Shown: piece by piece, positions 1 through 10,039 of the stretch
Layout: the number at the start of each line of letters is the position of its first letter
Numbering within the stretch: the stretch's first letter is position 1
Assembly (NCBI GenBank): GCA_963664705.1
Contig: OY761556.1
Location: forward strand, 2,656,001 to 2,720,000
Length of the DNA stretch: 64,000 bases
Reading direction: 5' to 3'
Source: Acidobacteriota bacterium
GTDB taxonomy: Bacteria; Acidobacteriota; UBA6911
Program-made: the position numbers and the translations under genes
Notes under the pieces: model-generated
What the model was told of the DNA's origin: nothing
The model's database searches: none
The model's input: the letters and a program-made list of their open reading frames with translations, nothing else

Positions 1-591
1 CGCCAGGATAGCAAATATTACCAGAAGCTGGATCCGTCCAAGTTTGCCGTATTCGGCCACAGTTGTGGAGGATTGCAGGCATTGGAGGTAGCACCCGATC
101 CCCGCATAGCCACTGTCCTGGTCATGGATAGCGGCATTTTTGGTCCGGGCGCCGCACCCAAAATGGGCATGCCGCCGGGCGCCCCGCCCAAGATGGACGC
201 GCCGCAAGGAGAAGCGCCGAAAACCGCCCCGCCCCAGGCAGGCGCTCCCAAGGTCCCCATGGGAGGCGCCATGTCCGTCGGGAAGGATGTCCTTCAAAAA
301 TTGCACACGCCCGTTATTTATATTATCGGCGGGGAAAAGGATATTGCATATCCACAGGCTATTGACGACTATGCCAAGATTGATAAAGTCCCGGTCGCAA
401 TAGCAAATCTGGACGTGGGCCACGGAGGCACCTATAGCCAACCCAATGGCGGCGAATTCGGGAGAGTTGCCGTGGCATGGCTCCAATGGCAGCTCAAGAA
501 GGATGAAACCGCGGGCAAGCTGTTTTCCGGTCAATCCTGCGGCCTGTGTAAAGACGAAAAATGGAAGTTTGAAAAAAAGAAGATGAATTAG
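1..591 (+). CDS. Alpha/beta hydrolase, GxSCG type (5'-truncated); paralogue of 29337-30335
   Basis: Frame 1 is open from base 1 (RQDSKYYQKLDPSKFAVFGHSCGGLQ). Nucleophile elbow GHSCG, acid motif GGEKDIAY, His motif DVGHGG. Confidence 0.85.
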   Translation, partial: RQDSKYYQKLDPSKFAVFGHSCGGLQALEVAPDPRIATVLVMDSGIFGPGAAPKMGMPPGAPPKMDAPQGEAPKTAPPQAGAPKVPMGGAMSVGKDVLQKLHTPVIYIIGGEKDIAYPQAIDDYAKIDKVPVAIANLDVGHGGTYSQPNGGEFGRVAVAWLQWQLKKDETAGKLFSGQSCGLCKDEKWKFEKKKMN

Positions 592-622
592 CGACACGAT
601 CTGAACACCTTGCATGCATCCG

Positions 623-674
623 GCGGGCGCGGGAGATGGGCAGTACGCCCATCTCCCGCGTCCGCTCGTTTTTT
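623..674 (+). terminator. Rho-independent terminator
   Basis: GC-rich stem GCGGGCGCGGGAGATGGGC-agtac-GCCCATCTCCCGCGTCCGC followed by a T-run, just after the stop at 591. Confidence 0.85.
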
Positions 675-741
675 AAAGAAGCCGGGAAACATTACAGCCG
701 ATCTAGTCAACTCGGGTTTAGCCGCTTAGGAGATTCGCACG

Positions 742-1698
742 ATGAAGGAATCGCTGTTTTCAATTATGCTGGCTTTGTGGATTGCACTTCCGGCCGTTTA
801 TTCCCAAACAAATAGCAATTCTGATGTTCGGCCAAAATCCATTATTTCTATCTGGCCCGGCAAAGCTCCCGGCTCAGAGGACTGGACTTTTGGCGAAAAA
901 GTCGTGGAAGGTCCTGGCGGATCGAAGACTTACTCAAACATAGTCAATCCCACGCTCACAGTCTATTTGCCTGATCCGGCTAAGGCGAATGGAACGGCGC
1001 TCATCCTCTGCCCTGGCGGTGCCATGAGATTTCTTGGCTTCGCCGAACCTGAACGAACGGCCGAGTGGCTGAACTCCAAGGGCATAGCCGCTTTCATTCT
1101 TAAATATAGAGTAGTACCGGATATTCAAGTCACGACCAATGAAGCAAAGCCTGCCGTTCCATCCAGGCAGGGATTTCCGATGATGGGAAACGAGCTTTCT
1201 TTTCGAGAAATCCTGAACCGGCGTGGAAATGCCAATCCCGCGCGAGACAATCTGGAGCATACGAAGGTTATTTCCATGGCCATCGCCGACGGCCAACAGG
1301 CTATTCGTATCCTCAGGCAGGATGCATCCAAATACCGCATCGATCCCAAGCGCATTGGCATCCTGGGATTTTCAGCGGGAGGAGGCGTTGCCGTCGCAAC
1401 GGCTGTAACGGAATCTTCCGACGGATATCCTGATTTTGTAGCCACAATCTATGGACCATCGCTCGTAGATGTTTCTGTGCCTAAACAAGGAGCTCCCCTA
1501 TTTATCGCGGTAATGGATGGGCATTTTAATGTAACCAATGGCTGCGCAGCGTTGTTTGCAATTTGGAAGGAGGCTGGACGCCCCGTGGAATTGCATGTAT
1601 ATGATCATGGATACGGTCCCGCATCGGGTATGCCGGTAGGGAGTTGGACCGATCGGCTTTATGACTGGCTCCGCGCGCGAAAGCTTGTAAACGACTAA
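742..1698 (+). CDS. Exported alpha/beta hydrolase (Aes/BD-FAE, acetyl esterase-like)
   Basis: Signal peptide, CPGGA oxyanion motif, GFSAGG elbow, ELHVYDHG; RBS AGGAG. Confidence 0.85.
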   Translation: MKESLFSIMLALWIALPAVYSQTNSNSDVRPKSIISIWPGKAPGSEDWTFGEKVVEGPGGSKTYSNIVNPTLTVYLPDPAKANGTALILCPGGAMRFLGFAEPERTAEWLNSKGIAAFILKYRVVPDIQVTTNEAKPAVPSRQGFPMMGNELSFREILNRRGNANPARDNLEHTKVISMAIADGQQAIRILRQDASKYRIDPKRIGILGFSAGGGVAVATAVTESSDGYPDFVATIYGPSLVDVSVPKQGAPLFIAVMDGHFNVTNGCAALFAIWKEAGRPVELHVYDHGYGPASGMPVGSWTDRLYDWLRARKLVND

Positions 1699-1868
1699 GC
1701 GCCTCCAGCTATAGCCAACATAATCCCAACGGGGTATAAGCCAATAATTCACGCTGAAGGGCAGGAAGGCAGTGTGCCCGGCAATCCACTAATTATTCCG
1801 ATCCCCTTTTCATGGTTGCGGGACAATCCCAAGCGCTTGGCCCCCAAAAAGCGATCATTGATCGCACT

Positions 1869-2657
1869 TCAACCAGAGACCTTTTCCCTATTCTCATCCA
1901 GGAAGAAATCCTGAATTTGATTCCTCAGCAGGGCTTCACGCTCCCAGTGGGAGTATTCTCTCAGTCGTTCTTGCCGGCTTGTCTGAACATGTTGGGATAC
2001 AGCCTGAACCGCCTTTTCGACATTTCCTTCCGTTATGGCGTGGATCATATCCATATGTTCTTTGTGGACTCGGGCCAGCGCGTCAGCATCGTGACCGGCA
2101 TGGCGCGCAGCAAAGACGCGAATCAAATACCTCACTTTGCTGAAAAATTTCAACGCGACGGCATTCTCGGCGATGCTCATGATAAAGGTATGGAAGCTGA
2201 TGTCCGCCATTTCGAATTCCCGCATCTGGCTGTCATTGAGCGTTTTTTTTCCGGACTTGATCAGCTGATTCCGTAACGTCTTTATTTCACCGGCAAGAGA
2301 ATGCAGCCGCTCAAGGTCCTTTTCATCCAGCGGATGCCCGGCTATTTTCGAGGCTGCGTGTGATTCCAACACCTCACGCATCTCATATAACTCAACAAAG
2401 TCCTGCCGGGACAGGCGCACTACTACGATACTGGAGTTGGAGTCTTCCTCCAGCAGACCTTCACCAAGCAATTGCCGGATGGCTTCATGCACCGGAGTAC
2501 GGCTGAGGCCGAGTTCGCCAGCCAGTGCAACTTCGGAAATTGCGCTTCCAGCCGAGATTTCGCGATCGGCTATCTTTTGCTGTATGCAGAAATAGGCTCT
2601 TTCCCGGGCCGATCGTTGATTGCCCTTTGCGGATTTTGATTTCAACAGTTTTGGCAT
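1869..2657 (-). CDS. GntR family regulator (FadR/FCD subfamily)
   Basis: wHTH motif SEVALAGELGLSRTPVHEAI; FCD motifs ELYEMREVLE, DISFH, EHMDMIHAI. Confidence 0.92.
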   Translation of the reverse strand: MPKLLKSKSAKGNQRSARERAYFCIQQKIADREISAGSAISEVALAGELGLSRTPVHEAIRQLLGEGLLEEDSNSSIVVVRLSRQDFVELYEMREVLESHAASKIAGHPLDEKDLERLHSLAGEIKTLRNQLIKSGKKTLNDSQMREFEMADISFHTFIMSIAENAVALKFFSKVRYLIRVFAARHAGHDADALARVHKEHMDMIHAITEGNVEKAVQAVSQHVQTSRQERLREYSHWEREALLRNQIQDFFLDENREKVSG

Positions 2658-2676
2658 GTAGCTATCCCAGACCGAG

Positions 2677-3807
2677 TCAACAGCAACGAACCCAACCTCT
2701 ATCCCATTCGAAACTGGCGTTAAGCGCGGCCTTCCTGGTTATCCGCTCAACATAGGCAGCAACCGATCGCCCCCGTTCATCATCCCCGCAAACTTCAGGC
2801 TGTCCTTTCGGGTTCACCCAGCACGGTATGTATCCCGCTGCACGCACTCCATCAGCGCCAACCTCACAAACAGCAATCATTGCATTTCGCGCCTCAGGAT
2901 GAAAGGGATATGTAGGATAATGGGAATCCGGTTCAAAACCGAACAATTCCCTGCGACGACGCGCCCATTCGAGGCGCTTGGGACTAGGGTTTGCCTCGAT
3001 ATTCAAGGCACGCGTCACAGTCACGAAGTTTCCCAAACCATGGTAGATCGGCCGGCCCTTATATATTTCAATGCCGCGTAAAATATGGGCATGATGCCCA
3101 ACCACAATGTCCGCCCCAGCATCGATAGCGAGTTTGGACAGAGGACGCTCATACATGGCCAGGGCACTGGGAATGTGCCCAATTCCCTTGTGGAGGGCGA
3201 CGACGAGAACGTCTACCTCCCGACGCAGTTTTTCCACATCGCTTAGCATGGCCTCCGTGCTGTCCGGTTCGGCAAACGTGTAGATGCGCGGGGGGCCGCC
3301 CGGAGAGGCGTGATCCAACTCATAGTGCGTGATAATCTGGATATAGGCGCACCCTGCGCGTTTATCGCCAGCCCAGCCATCTTTCGGACCAACACAATTG
3401 TAGCTCAGCGTCCCTACCTTCAGTCCACGTTGCGCTGCCACCGCAGGCTCCCGAGCCGCCGCAAGACACATTCCGGCCCCGGTTGTGACAATCCCCAACT
3501 GCTGAAGAGTTGCGACAGTATCTTCGATCCCATCAGGACCAACATCGGATATATGGTTGCCGGCTAGTGTCGCGACATGAAAACCGGCACGCTTTAAAGC
3601 AGACAGATTATCCGGGTCGCTTGGAGGCGCCGGAACGTCGGAGGTGTTTTCTCGTCCCCGCCGTGTATGTGGGACTTCGACGTGTCCGATCAAAACATCT
3701 GCAGTCTGCAGTGTGCTGCGCACGTAATCGAAAAATGAATCGGGCTCGGGCTCATCTAAGATCAAGTCACCAACCAGCATCAGTTTCAGGGTGGTCTCAT
3801 CCCTCAT
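2677..3807 (-). CDS. CapA (PGA_cap) family metallophosphoesterase-fold protein, no signal peptide
   Basis: Motifs VGDLIL, TLAGNHISDVG, VALHKG, GADIVVGHHAH, YHGLGNF. Start placed at ATG 3807, just after the upstream stop. Confidence 0.88.
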   Translation of the reverse strand: MRDETTLKLMLVGDLILDEPEPDSFFDYVRSTLQTADVLIGHVEVPHTRRGRENTSDVPAPPSDPDNLSALKRAGFHVATLAGNHISDVGPDGIEDTVATLQQLGIVTTGAGMCLAAAREPAVAAQRGLKVGTLSYNCVGPKDGWAGDKRAGCAYIQIITHYELDHASPGGPPRIYTFAEPDSTEAMLSDVEKLRREVDVLVVALHKGIGHIPSALAMYERPLSKLAIDAGADIVVGHHAHILRGIEIYKGRPIYHGLGNFVTVTRALNIEANPSPKRLEWARRRRELFGFEPDSHYPTYPFHPEARNAMIAVCEVGADGVRAAGYIPCWVNPKGQPEVCGDDERGRSVAAYVERITRKAALNASFEWDRGWVRCC

Positions 3808-3811
3808 ATAA

Positions 3812-5080
3812 TCAAATAACCTTTTTGTCCTTGAGTTCAGCAAGTTTTTGCATTGAATAACCTAAAACCTCACTGTACACCAAATCATTATGCTCGCCCA
3901 TTTCCGGAGGCGGCTGATCAAAACCGATTTTGGAGCCTGACAATGTAATCGGCATCCCCATGCCGTAAACATCCGCGACTTCTCCATATTTTGGATGCTG
4001 AAGCGGCACCGTTTCGCCACGCCGAATTACTCTAGGATCGCGCGTCGCGGTAAATGGATCACGAACTTCCGCTGCCGGCGCTCCAGCCCGTTCTAATCGG
4101 GCAACCGCCTCAGCCGAAGTCAATGAGCGGGTAAACTGCTCAATATAAGTATTGAGCTCCTGAAAGTTTTTAACTCGCGCATTGCGCGTAGCAAACCGCT
4201 CATCCTTGGACAGCTCTGGATGGCCGGTCGCTTCGAAAAAGCCGCGGGCCATTGCCTCGGTCGGCGCACAAATGGCGATGTAACCATCCTTGGTCGGGTA
4301 AATGCCGAATGGGGCAAGACGCGGAAGCGTTTGGCCAGTGCGCTGCGGTATTCCACAACGCTCGAGAAGATCGAAGGGTTCCACGGAAACCATCATCGTC
4401 AATACTCCGAGCATGGAAACATCTACATGCTGACCGACGCCCGTGCGCTTGGCCTGGTGTATGGCGGCCATTACTCCAATAATGCCGAACATGGGGGCAC
4501 AAAGATCCGCCATTGGGATGCCAACGCGAACGGGCGGATCCTGAGGCTCTCCCGATGTATACATCATTCCGCATTGAGCTTGAATAACAGTGTCCATCGC
4601 TTTGGCAGGACTCGATTGATCGTCACTTCCATATCCCGTAATGGAGCAGTAAACAAGTTTCGGATTCACTTCGTGCAGCCAGTTGTAACCCAAACCCAGA
4701 CGATCCAAAGTGCCGCGGCTGTAGTTTTCCACCAGCACATCACATTTTCTCACAAGATCGGCAAAGACAACCCGCGCTTCCGGACGCTTTAGGTCGAGCG
4801 TAATAGCAAGCTTGTTGCGCAGGCGGTTGATTGCCGAAACCGATACATCATCCGCGCCCCGGCGTACCAAGCTCGCGCCATCCGCTCCTAGATAAGGTGC
4901 ATTTTCCCGGCATTGATCCCCGCTGGTCGGATTTTCCAACTTGATGACGCGGGCGCCCAGGCCCGCAAGCAAAAAGGTGGCAAACGGCCCAGCCAGTGCA
5001 ACGGTCATATCCAGAACAGTAATATCTTCCAACGGCTTTGGCAGTGCTGCCGTTTCATCTGGCACGTATCTTTCGTCCAT
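3812..5080 (-). CDS. Class III CoA-transferase (CaiB/BaiF family)
   Basis: Motifs LEDITVLDMTVALAGP, LGARVIKLE, DVLVENY, VYCSITGYG; catalytic-Asp region KAMDTVIQA. Confidence 0.93.
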   Translation of the reverse strand: MDERYVPDETAALPKPLEDITVLDMTVALAGPFATFLLAGLGARVIKLENPTSGDQCRENAPYLGADGASLVRRGADDVSVSAINRLRNKLAITLDLKRPEARVVFADLVRKCDVLVENYSRGTLDRLGLGYNWLHEVNPKLVYCSITGYGSDDQSSPAKAMDTVIQAQCGMMYTSGEPQDPPVRVGIPMADLCAPMFGIIGVMAAIHQAKRTGVGQHVDVSMLGVLTMMVSVEPFDLLERCGIPQRTGQTLPRLAPFGIYPTKDGYIAICAPTEAMARGFFEATGHPELSKDERFATRNARVKNFQELNTYIEQFTRSLTSAEAVARLERAGAPAAEVRDPFTATRDPRVIRRGETVPLQHPKYGEVADVYGMGMPITLSGSKIGFDQPPPEMGEHNDLVYSEVLGYSMQKLAELKDKKVI

Positions 5081-5190
5081 ATATCTGCCCCTTGTTTTGG
5101 CTTTGGGCCAATGAATGCCGATTACGTTACGCTCCGACCGGCTTCACTCTACTTTATCTCATCAGATTTCCAGAAAAAACAATTTTATAA

Positions 5191-5216
5191 ATGCATATTG
5201 CATGCATATAGCATAT
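5191..5216. promoter_or_regulatory. Candidate operator of the FCD-type GntR, between divergent operons
   Basis: ATGCATATTGCATGCATATAGCATAT has four GCAT units symmetric about TGCATGCA, in an AT-rich divergent intergenic region. Confidence 0.5.
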
Positions 5217-5300
5217 TATCTGCGTTGTACTTTACAATCGTATCAGGACGAAATGGGACCAAGCGCTCACAAAAGCGTCTGCGAGTACAGATATCGTCCT

Positions 5301-6464
5301 ATGATGAAGCCTGAAAATAATACGATGGCTGGGAACATGACAGATCCAATCCAGCGGTTAGCATGGCATTATCAAAATCCTTCAGCGGAAGCCATAGCCT
5401 TCGCCGGAAACGGCGGCCCGGTAGTTGGGGTCACCTCAAACACTGTCCCTTGGGAACTCATTCGAGCCGCTGGAGCTTTTCCCTATGTACTCAGCTCCGG
5501 AGACGCACGCCACCCCGATATCCCGAACTTCATGGAAGAGGGAGTTTTCGAGGAACGCATACGTGCAATATTTGGCGCGGCAATATCGGGAGCTCTGCGG
5601 CACCTCAGCCTTTTGCTTATTCCCCGAACCTCAGAGCAGGAATACAAGCTGTATCTCTACCTCAGAGAAGTCGCACGCCAGGAACCCGAGCGCTGCATTC
5701 CGCCCGTTTACCTGTACGACCTGCTCCACACAAATACCCCTGAATCTCAAGCCTATGGGCTGGAGCGCACGCAATGCCTGAAAACCCGGCTCGAAGAACT
5801 GACCGGCCAAACCATTAGCAGGGATGCATTGCGGTGCGCCATTGATGAATCCAACTCCGCCCGGAAAGCAATCCGCATGATAACGGCCCTGCGTCAACCC
5901 GAGCCAAAGATCTGTGGAGCCGAAGCGCTGGCACTGATCGGGCCGGCTTTTTTTATTAACAGGGATGAATATTCCCGTCTTGCTCATCAAGCAGCGGCGA
6001 TCATCGCACGCAGGGATCCATATACCGGGAAAAAGATACTGCTAACAGGAGCCTCGTTGAACCATCAAAGACTGCACCAAGCCCTGGAAGCGCACGGTGC
6101 GGTTGTGGTAGCGGAAGATGACTGGTGGGGAGCCCGGAGTGCCGGTGAAGATATCGATACATCCGATGATTTGATAAAAGCGGTATTTAGTAAATATCAT
6201 TTTGATACGCCGAGCCCCCGGCGGTTTCCATTTACCAGAGCGGATGAGTGGTTTCAGCAGGCAGTCGTTCATGGGATTGATGGCGTTGTTTTCTATTTAC
6301 CTCCCGAGGATTGTGTAGCGGGATGGGATTACCCCAGACGTCGACGCTATCTTGACGAACAAGGCATTCCTCATTTGCTCATCCGGGAAGACGCGAGATC
6401 ATTATCGGAAACAAGCCATGAGCAACTCGAACAATTTGTCAGCAGCATTGGAGTTGCCCGATAG
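5301..6464 (+). CDS. 2-hydroxyacyl-CoA dehydratase (HGD-D / BcrBC-like) subunit
   Basis: Motifs VPWELIRAAGAFP, LEELTGQTISRDALRCAI, KILLTG, GAVVVAED, IDGVVF. Start uncertain (ATG 5301, 5325 or 5337); the 5115 extension is rejected. Confidence 0.85.
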   Translation: MMKPENNTMAGNMTDPIQRLAWHYQNPSAEAIAFAGNGGPVVGVTSNTVPWELIRAAGAFPYVLSSGDARHPDIPNFMEEGVFEERIRAIFGAAISGALRHLSLLLIPRTSEQEYKLYLYLREVARQEPERCIPPVYLYDLLHTNTPESQAYGLERTQCLKTRLEELTGQTISRDALRCAIDESNSARKAIRMITALRQPEPKICGAEALALIGPAFFINRDEYSRLAHQAAAIIARRDPYTGKKILLTGASLNHQRLHQALEAHGAVVVAEDDWWGARSAGEDIDTSDDLIKAVFSKYHFDTPSPRRFPFTRADEWFQQAVVHGIDGVVFYLPPEDCVAGWDYPRRRRYLDEQGIPHLLIREDARSLSETSHEQLEQFVSSIGVAR

Positions 6465-6470
6465 GAGACT

Positions 6471-7751
6471 ATGGCGGAGAAACAACTCGATTGCACCCTG
6501 GCAGCCAGCGAACACCAGAAAGCCCGGTTTGCCCAGCTTCGGAAGGATGTATTCGAAAATCAACGGCCTTATGCCATTATCCAGGCAGACATGCCGTTTG
6601 AGCTCTTCCATGTAATGGATGTTCCGGTCGTAAGCAACCAGTGGTGGGCCGCGATCATTGCAGCCAAACGGCTTTCAGCTCATTACCTCGACATCCTCAA
6701 TGCTCACGGATTCCATGAAGGGTTGTGCCGGTACTGCAGCCTGGCAGCCGCATCCACGTTGGCTAATGACCCGGATCATGCCCCGTGGGGCGGGCTGCCC
6801 AAACCGGCCCTGCTCTGCGCAAGACTTACCTGCGACTGCCTCCAGAGGGTATTTGGCATTTGGGCCGATGCCTTTGGGTCTGAATTTGTGTTTATGGATA
6901 ATCCTGGTGCCACGGAGTTGCCGCCGCGCTGGTGGGAGCTCAGCCGTTATCGCTGGCGCGAATTGTTTGAGGAACACCGTCTTCAGCTCACGGTAGCACA
7001 GCTCAAATACGTTATCCGGACACTTGAAGGAATTACCGGCAGACAATTCAATGTCGACCATCTGCATAATCTGATGGAACAAGTGAACCGACAGGAAGAG
7101 TACTTCGAAGAAGCGTGCCAATTGATCAGCTCTGCGCCTAAAACACCTGTACGCATGCACGAGCAGGTAGCCAATGTCATGGCCGCACAGTGGGAACGGG
7201 GCAGCACTTGGGCTGTCGAGCATGCGCGCACGTTCAGGGATCAGATCAAAAATCGTGTACAGCAGGGCATTGCGGCATGTGCCGGAGAGCGCCTTCGACT
7301 TATGTGGGTGGGCGCAGGACTTTGGCATGACACGGACTTCTACACGGCTTTCGAGGAGGAGTTTGGCGCCGTTTTTGTATGGTCGATGTATTTAGCTTTT
7401 GGACCCGATGGCTATATTCGCTATGGCCTGGAGGATCCGCTACTTGCGCTCGCCAGCCGGACAGTCAGTATGAATGAGCAGCTGCACAACCCGCCCTGGG
7501 CCAATGAATGGATCATCCATCAAGCCCAGCTCAATAGGATTGATGCAGCGCTCGTGTTGACACCTCTGGGAACAAGGCCTGCAGCCACCGGCAATCGATT
7601 CATCGAACGCGCATTGGAAAAAGCGGGTATCCCGGTTCTCCCCATAGTTGCCGACATGGTGGATGCCCGTGACTGGGATCCTTTGGCGATGCGCCAGAAG
7701 GTTTCGGAATTTCTGACCCACCGCGTGTTGCAGGGCCGCACTATGCCATGA
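6471..7751 (+). CDS. 2-hydroxyacyl-CoA dehydratase (HGD-D / BcrBC-like) second subunit
   Basis: Motifs PFELFHVMDVP, GLCRYC, GGLPKP, LTCDC, ERLRLMWVG, GIPVLPIVADMVD; RBS AGGAG. Confidence 0.88.
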   Translation: MAEKQLDCTLAASEHQKARFAQLRKDVFENQRPYAIIQADMPFELFHVMDVPVVSNQWWAAIIAAKRLSAHYLDILNAHGFHEGLCRYCSLAAASTLANDPDHAPWGGLPKPALLCARLTCDCLQRVFGIWADAFGSEFVFMDNPGATELPPRWWELSRYRWRELFEEHRLQLTVAQLKYVIRTLEGITGRQFNVDHLHNLMEQVNRQEEYFEEACQLISSAPKTPVRMHEQVANVMAAQWERGSTWAVEHARTFRDQIKNRVQQGIAACAGERLRLMWVGAGLWHDTDFYTAFEEEFGAVFVWSMYLAFGPDGYIRYGLEDPLLALASRTVSMNEQLHNPPWANEWIIHQAQLNRIDAALVLTPLGTRPAATGNRFIERALEKAGIPVLPIVADMVDARDWDPLAMRQKVSEFLTHRVLQGRTMP

Positions 7752-7779
7752 TCTTTCGTACTCATAAACTGAGGTGTTT

Positions 7780-9003
7780 ATGAAACAAGAGCAGAAAACG
7801 GACCGGGCCTGGATTATGCCATTCCTGGCAACCCTATTTGCGATGCTGACGCTTCAAATGTCCAGTTTGGGATTTGCGCCTCTATTGCCTGCAATCCAGA
7901 AGGAATTCTCGATGAGCTATACCCAAATCGGGCTCTTCACCGGAATGTACGGCCTGCTGGCGCTGGCACTGAGCGTCCCTGCCGGGATAGCGGCCAAGCA
8001 TTATGGAGAGAAGCGAGTTCTGATTACTGCCCTGCTTCTGGTAGGTTTGGGACTATTCATGCTGGGCAGGGCTAACGGGTTCTACGCCGCTTTCGCTTCG
8101 CGTGCTCTATGGATCGGCACATACCGATTTGCCTTCGTCTGTGTTCTGACCGCAATTGCCGTCACATCCCCACCGTCATGGAAGGGCGCCTCCATGGGAT
8201 TCCTCGGATCGGTTTCTTCCTTTGCTTCCGTAATCGGAGCTCCTTTTGGAAGCAAAATTGGTGAGAGTTTCGGATGGCGTGCTGGAATGACAGCCTACGG
8301 ATGTGCGGCGATTGCAGGCGCACTTGTTGTTTGGGCATTCTATCGTCACACTTCCGGCAAACCGGGGAATTTGCCAAACCACGGCACAGTGGTCTCCTCC
8401 TCAGGCGGACGAAGCGCCTTCAGAACACCTATTGTGTGGGCACTCGCGGTATTGGTGGGAATGATCGGAATGGCTTCCTACAGCGTAACCTTTTTTGTGC
8501 CGGCTGCCGCAGCTGCGGTCTTCAAAATGACTGCCGTTCAAACGTCTCTTGTGATTAGCACGGGGTACATCTGCGCAATATTTCTAAATCTGCTTCTCGG
8601 CTACCTCATGGATCACTGCAACCGATGGATCGTGCTGAGCACACTGGTTGCAATCCTGATACCGGCCTCACTGGCAATGGCCAGCGAGAATATTCTCGTT
8701 TTCCGAATCGCGACAACCATGGTGTTGGCCGGAAGCTTCGCCGCAACCAATCAGATTTACGGGGTCGCGGGAACATTGTTGAGCGGACGCGAAACAGGGA
8801 ACGTGATGGGCGTGGTTGGGCTTGGCGCCGGTATTTTCGGCTATGTCGGACCTCAAATGCTGGGAGTTCTGCGCGATCAGACGCAAGGATTCAGCGCCGG
8901 CTGGTACATGATGGCAGGCCTCGCACTTTTGACATTTATTGAATTATTGCTGCTTAAACAACACAGTGATAAACAGCACGCAGAGCCTGTTAACGCAGTT
9001 TGA
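7780..9003 (+). CDS. MFS transporter
   Basis: About 12 hydrophobic segments, motif-A-like GIAAKHYGEKR; RBS GAGG. Confidence 0.9.
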   Translation: MKQEQKTDRAWIMPFLATLFAMLTLQMSSLGFAPLLPAIQKEFSMSYTQIGLFTGMYGLLALALSVPAGIAAKHYGEKRVLITALLLVGLGLFMLGRANGFYAAFASRALWIGTYRFAFVCVLTAIAVTSPPSWKGASMGFLGSVSSFASVIGAPFGSKIGESFGWRAGMTAYGCAAIAGALVVWAFYRHTSGKPGNLPNHGTVVSSSGGRSAFRTPIVWALAVLVGMIGMASYSVTFFVPAAAAAVFKMTAVQTSLVISTGYICAIFLNLLLGYLMDHCNRWIVLSTLVAILIPASLAMASENILVFRIATTMVLAGSFAATNQIYGVAGTLLSGRETGNVMGVVGLGAGIFGYVGPQMLGVLRDQTQGFSAGWYMMAGLALLTFIELLLLKQHSDKQHAEPVNAV

Positions 9004-9028
9004 TGCAAAACCCGTAACCGGGAGATCA

Positions 9029-9970
9029 ATGAAGATGATGAACATAATTTCCGTTTATAAAAAGCGATTGCTGTTGGGTTCGCTTGCCGTTGTCGGGCTA
9101 TTCGCTGCCCTGTTAACAGCTCAAGCACCGCCACAGATAAAGTTCGGTTGCGCAATCAATGCGCAGGAGCAGGTTCGCGAATCGCAGGCGCTGGCAAAAA
9201 GTATCGCGTCTCCAGCGGATCCACAATGGCGGGCCAAAGGGGATCTTCACCGAAAATATGGTTTTGCCGCTGCCAATGCCGATATCCCCTATCGCCTATA
9301 TGTGCCCAGTTCCTGGGACGGCAAAGCACAACTGCCGCTAGTCGTGATGCTGCACGGTGCAGGATCGGATGAAAACTGGTATCTCGAGGCAAACGATAAG
9401 CTGCTTATTCGTTTGGCTGAGCAACATGGCTATATTTTGGCATCCCCATTGGGGTATACACGCATGGGCGCCTATGGAACCCCTTTGCGCCTCCCCGCGG
9501 TATTTGGAAATCCGGAGATAGCCGCAAAGCAGCGTGCCGGAGTTACGCCGGAACAAGAGCGAACGCTGGAACTCAGCGAAAAAGATGTGATCAACGTAAT
9601 TGAGATCGTGCTCCATGAATACCCGATAAAGCGCTCCGCCATGTTTCTTACCGGGCATTCGATGGGAAGCGGCGGCACATGGTACCTAGGCGCAAAATAT
9701 GCGCAGTACTGGGCGGCGATTGCTCCCATGTCGGGACCCTTTGTCGATGAAACCAATTATCCGTGGGACAACATACGCAAAATGCCCGTCTTTATGACGG
9801 AGGGAACGGGCGCCACTCCGTCGCTCGTCGGAAGCAAAGCGATGTTGGCCTGGATGAAGGAACGCGGTTTTAAGATTGAATATATGGAAGTGAATGCGGA
9901 TCATGGCGGCATGATCCCGCTGGTATTGCCCAGTGTATTCGATTTCTTTGATCGCTGCAAAGGCCAATAG
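9029..9970 (+). CDS. Exported alpha/beta hydrolase (PHB depolymerase / peptidase S9-like)
   Basis: Signal-like N-terminus, PLVVMLHGAG, GHSMGSGG elbow, ADHGG. Confidence 0.82.
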   Translation: MKMMNIISVYKKRLLLGSLAVVGLFAALLTAQAPPQIKFGCAINAQEQVRESQALAKSIASPADPQWRAKGDLHRKYGFAAANADIPYRLYVPSSWDGKAQLPLVVMLHGAGSDENWYLEANDKLLIRLAEQHGYILASPLGYTRMGAYGTPLRLPAVFGNPEIAAKQRAGVTPEQERTLELSEKDVINVIEIVLHEYPIKRSAMFLTGHSMGSGGTWYLGAKYAQYWAAIAPMSGPFVDETNYPWDNIRKMPVFMTEGTGATPSLVGSKAMLAWMKERGFKIEYMEVNADHGGMIPLVLPSVFDFFDRCKGQ

Positions 9971-10039
9971 TGTCACAAATGATGATGGACAATTTACGAA
10001 TTGTGTTCACTCGTAAATTGTCCATCATCATTCCGAAAT

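Noticed and set aside
2677-3807. Poly-gamma-glutamate capsule locus
   Set aside because: No capB/capC and no membrane anchor; the context is catabolic.
5115-5300. N-terminal extension of the first dehydratase subunit
   Set aside because: It runs through the AT-rich divergent promoter and operator region and does not look protein-like.
9971-9990. TGTCACA as a ninth operator
   Set aside because: Only a half-site, and it lies between convergent gene ends.
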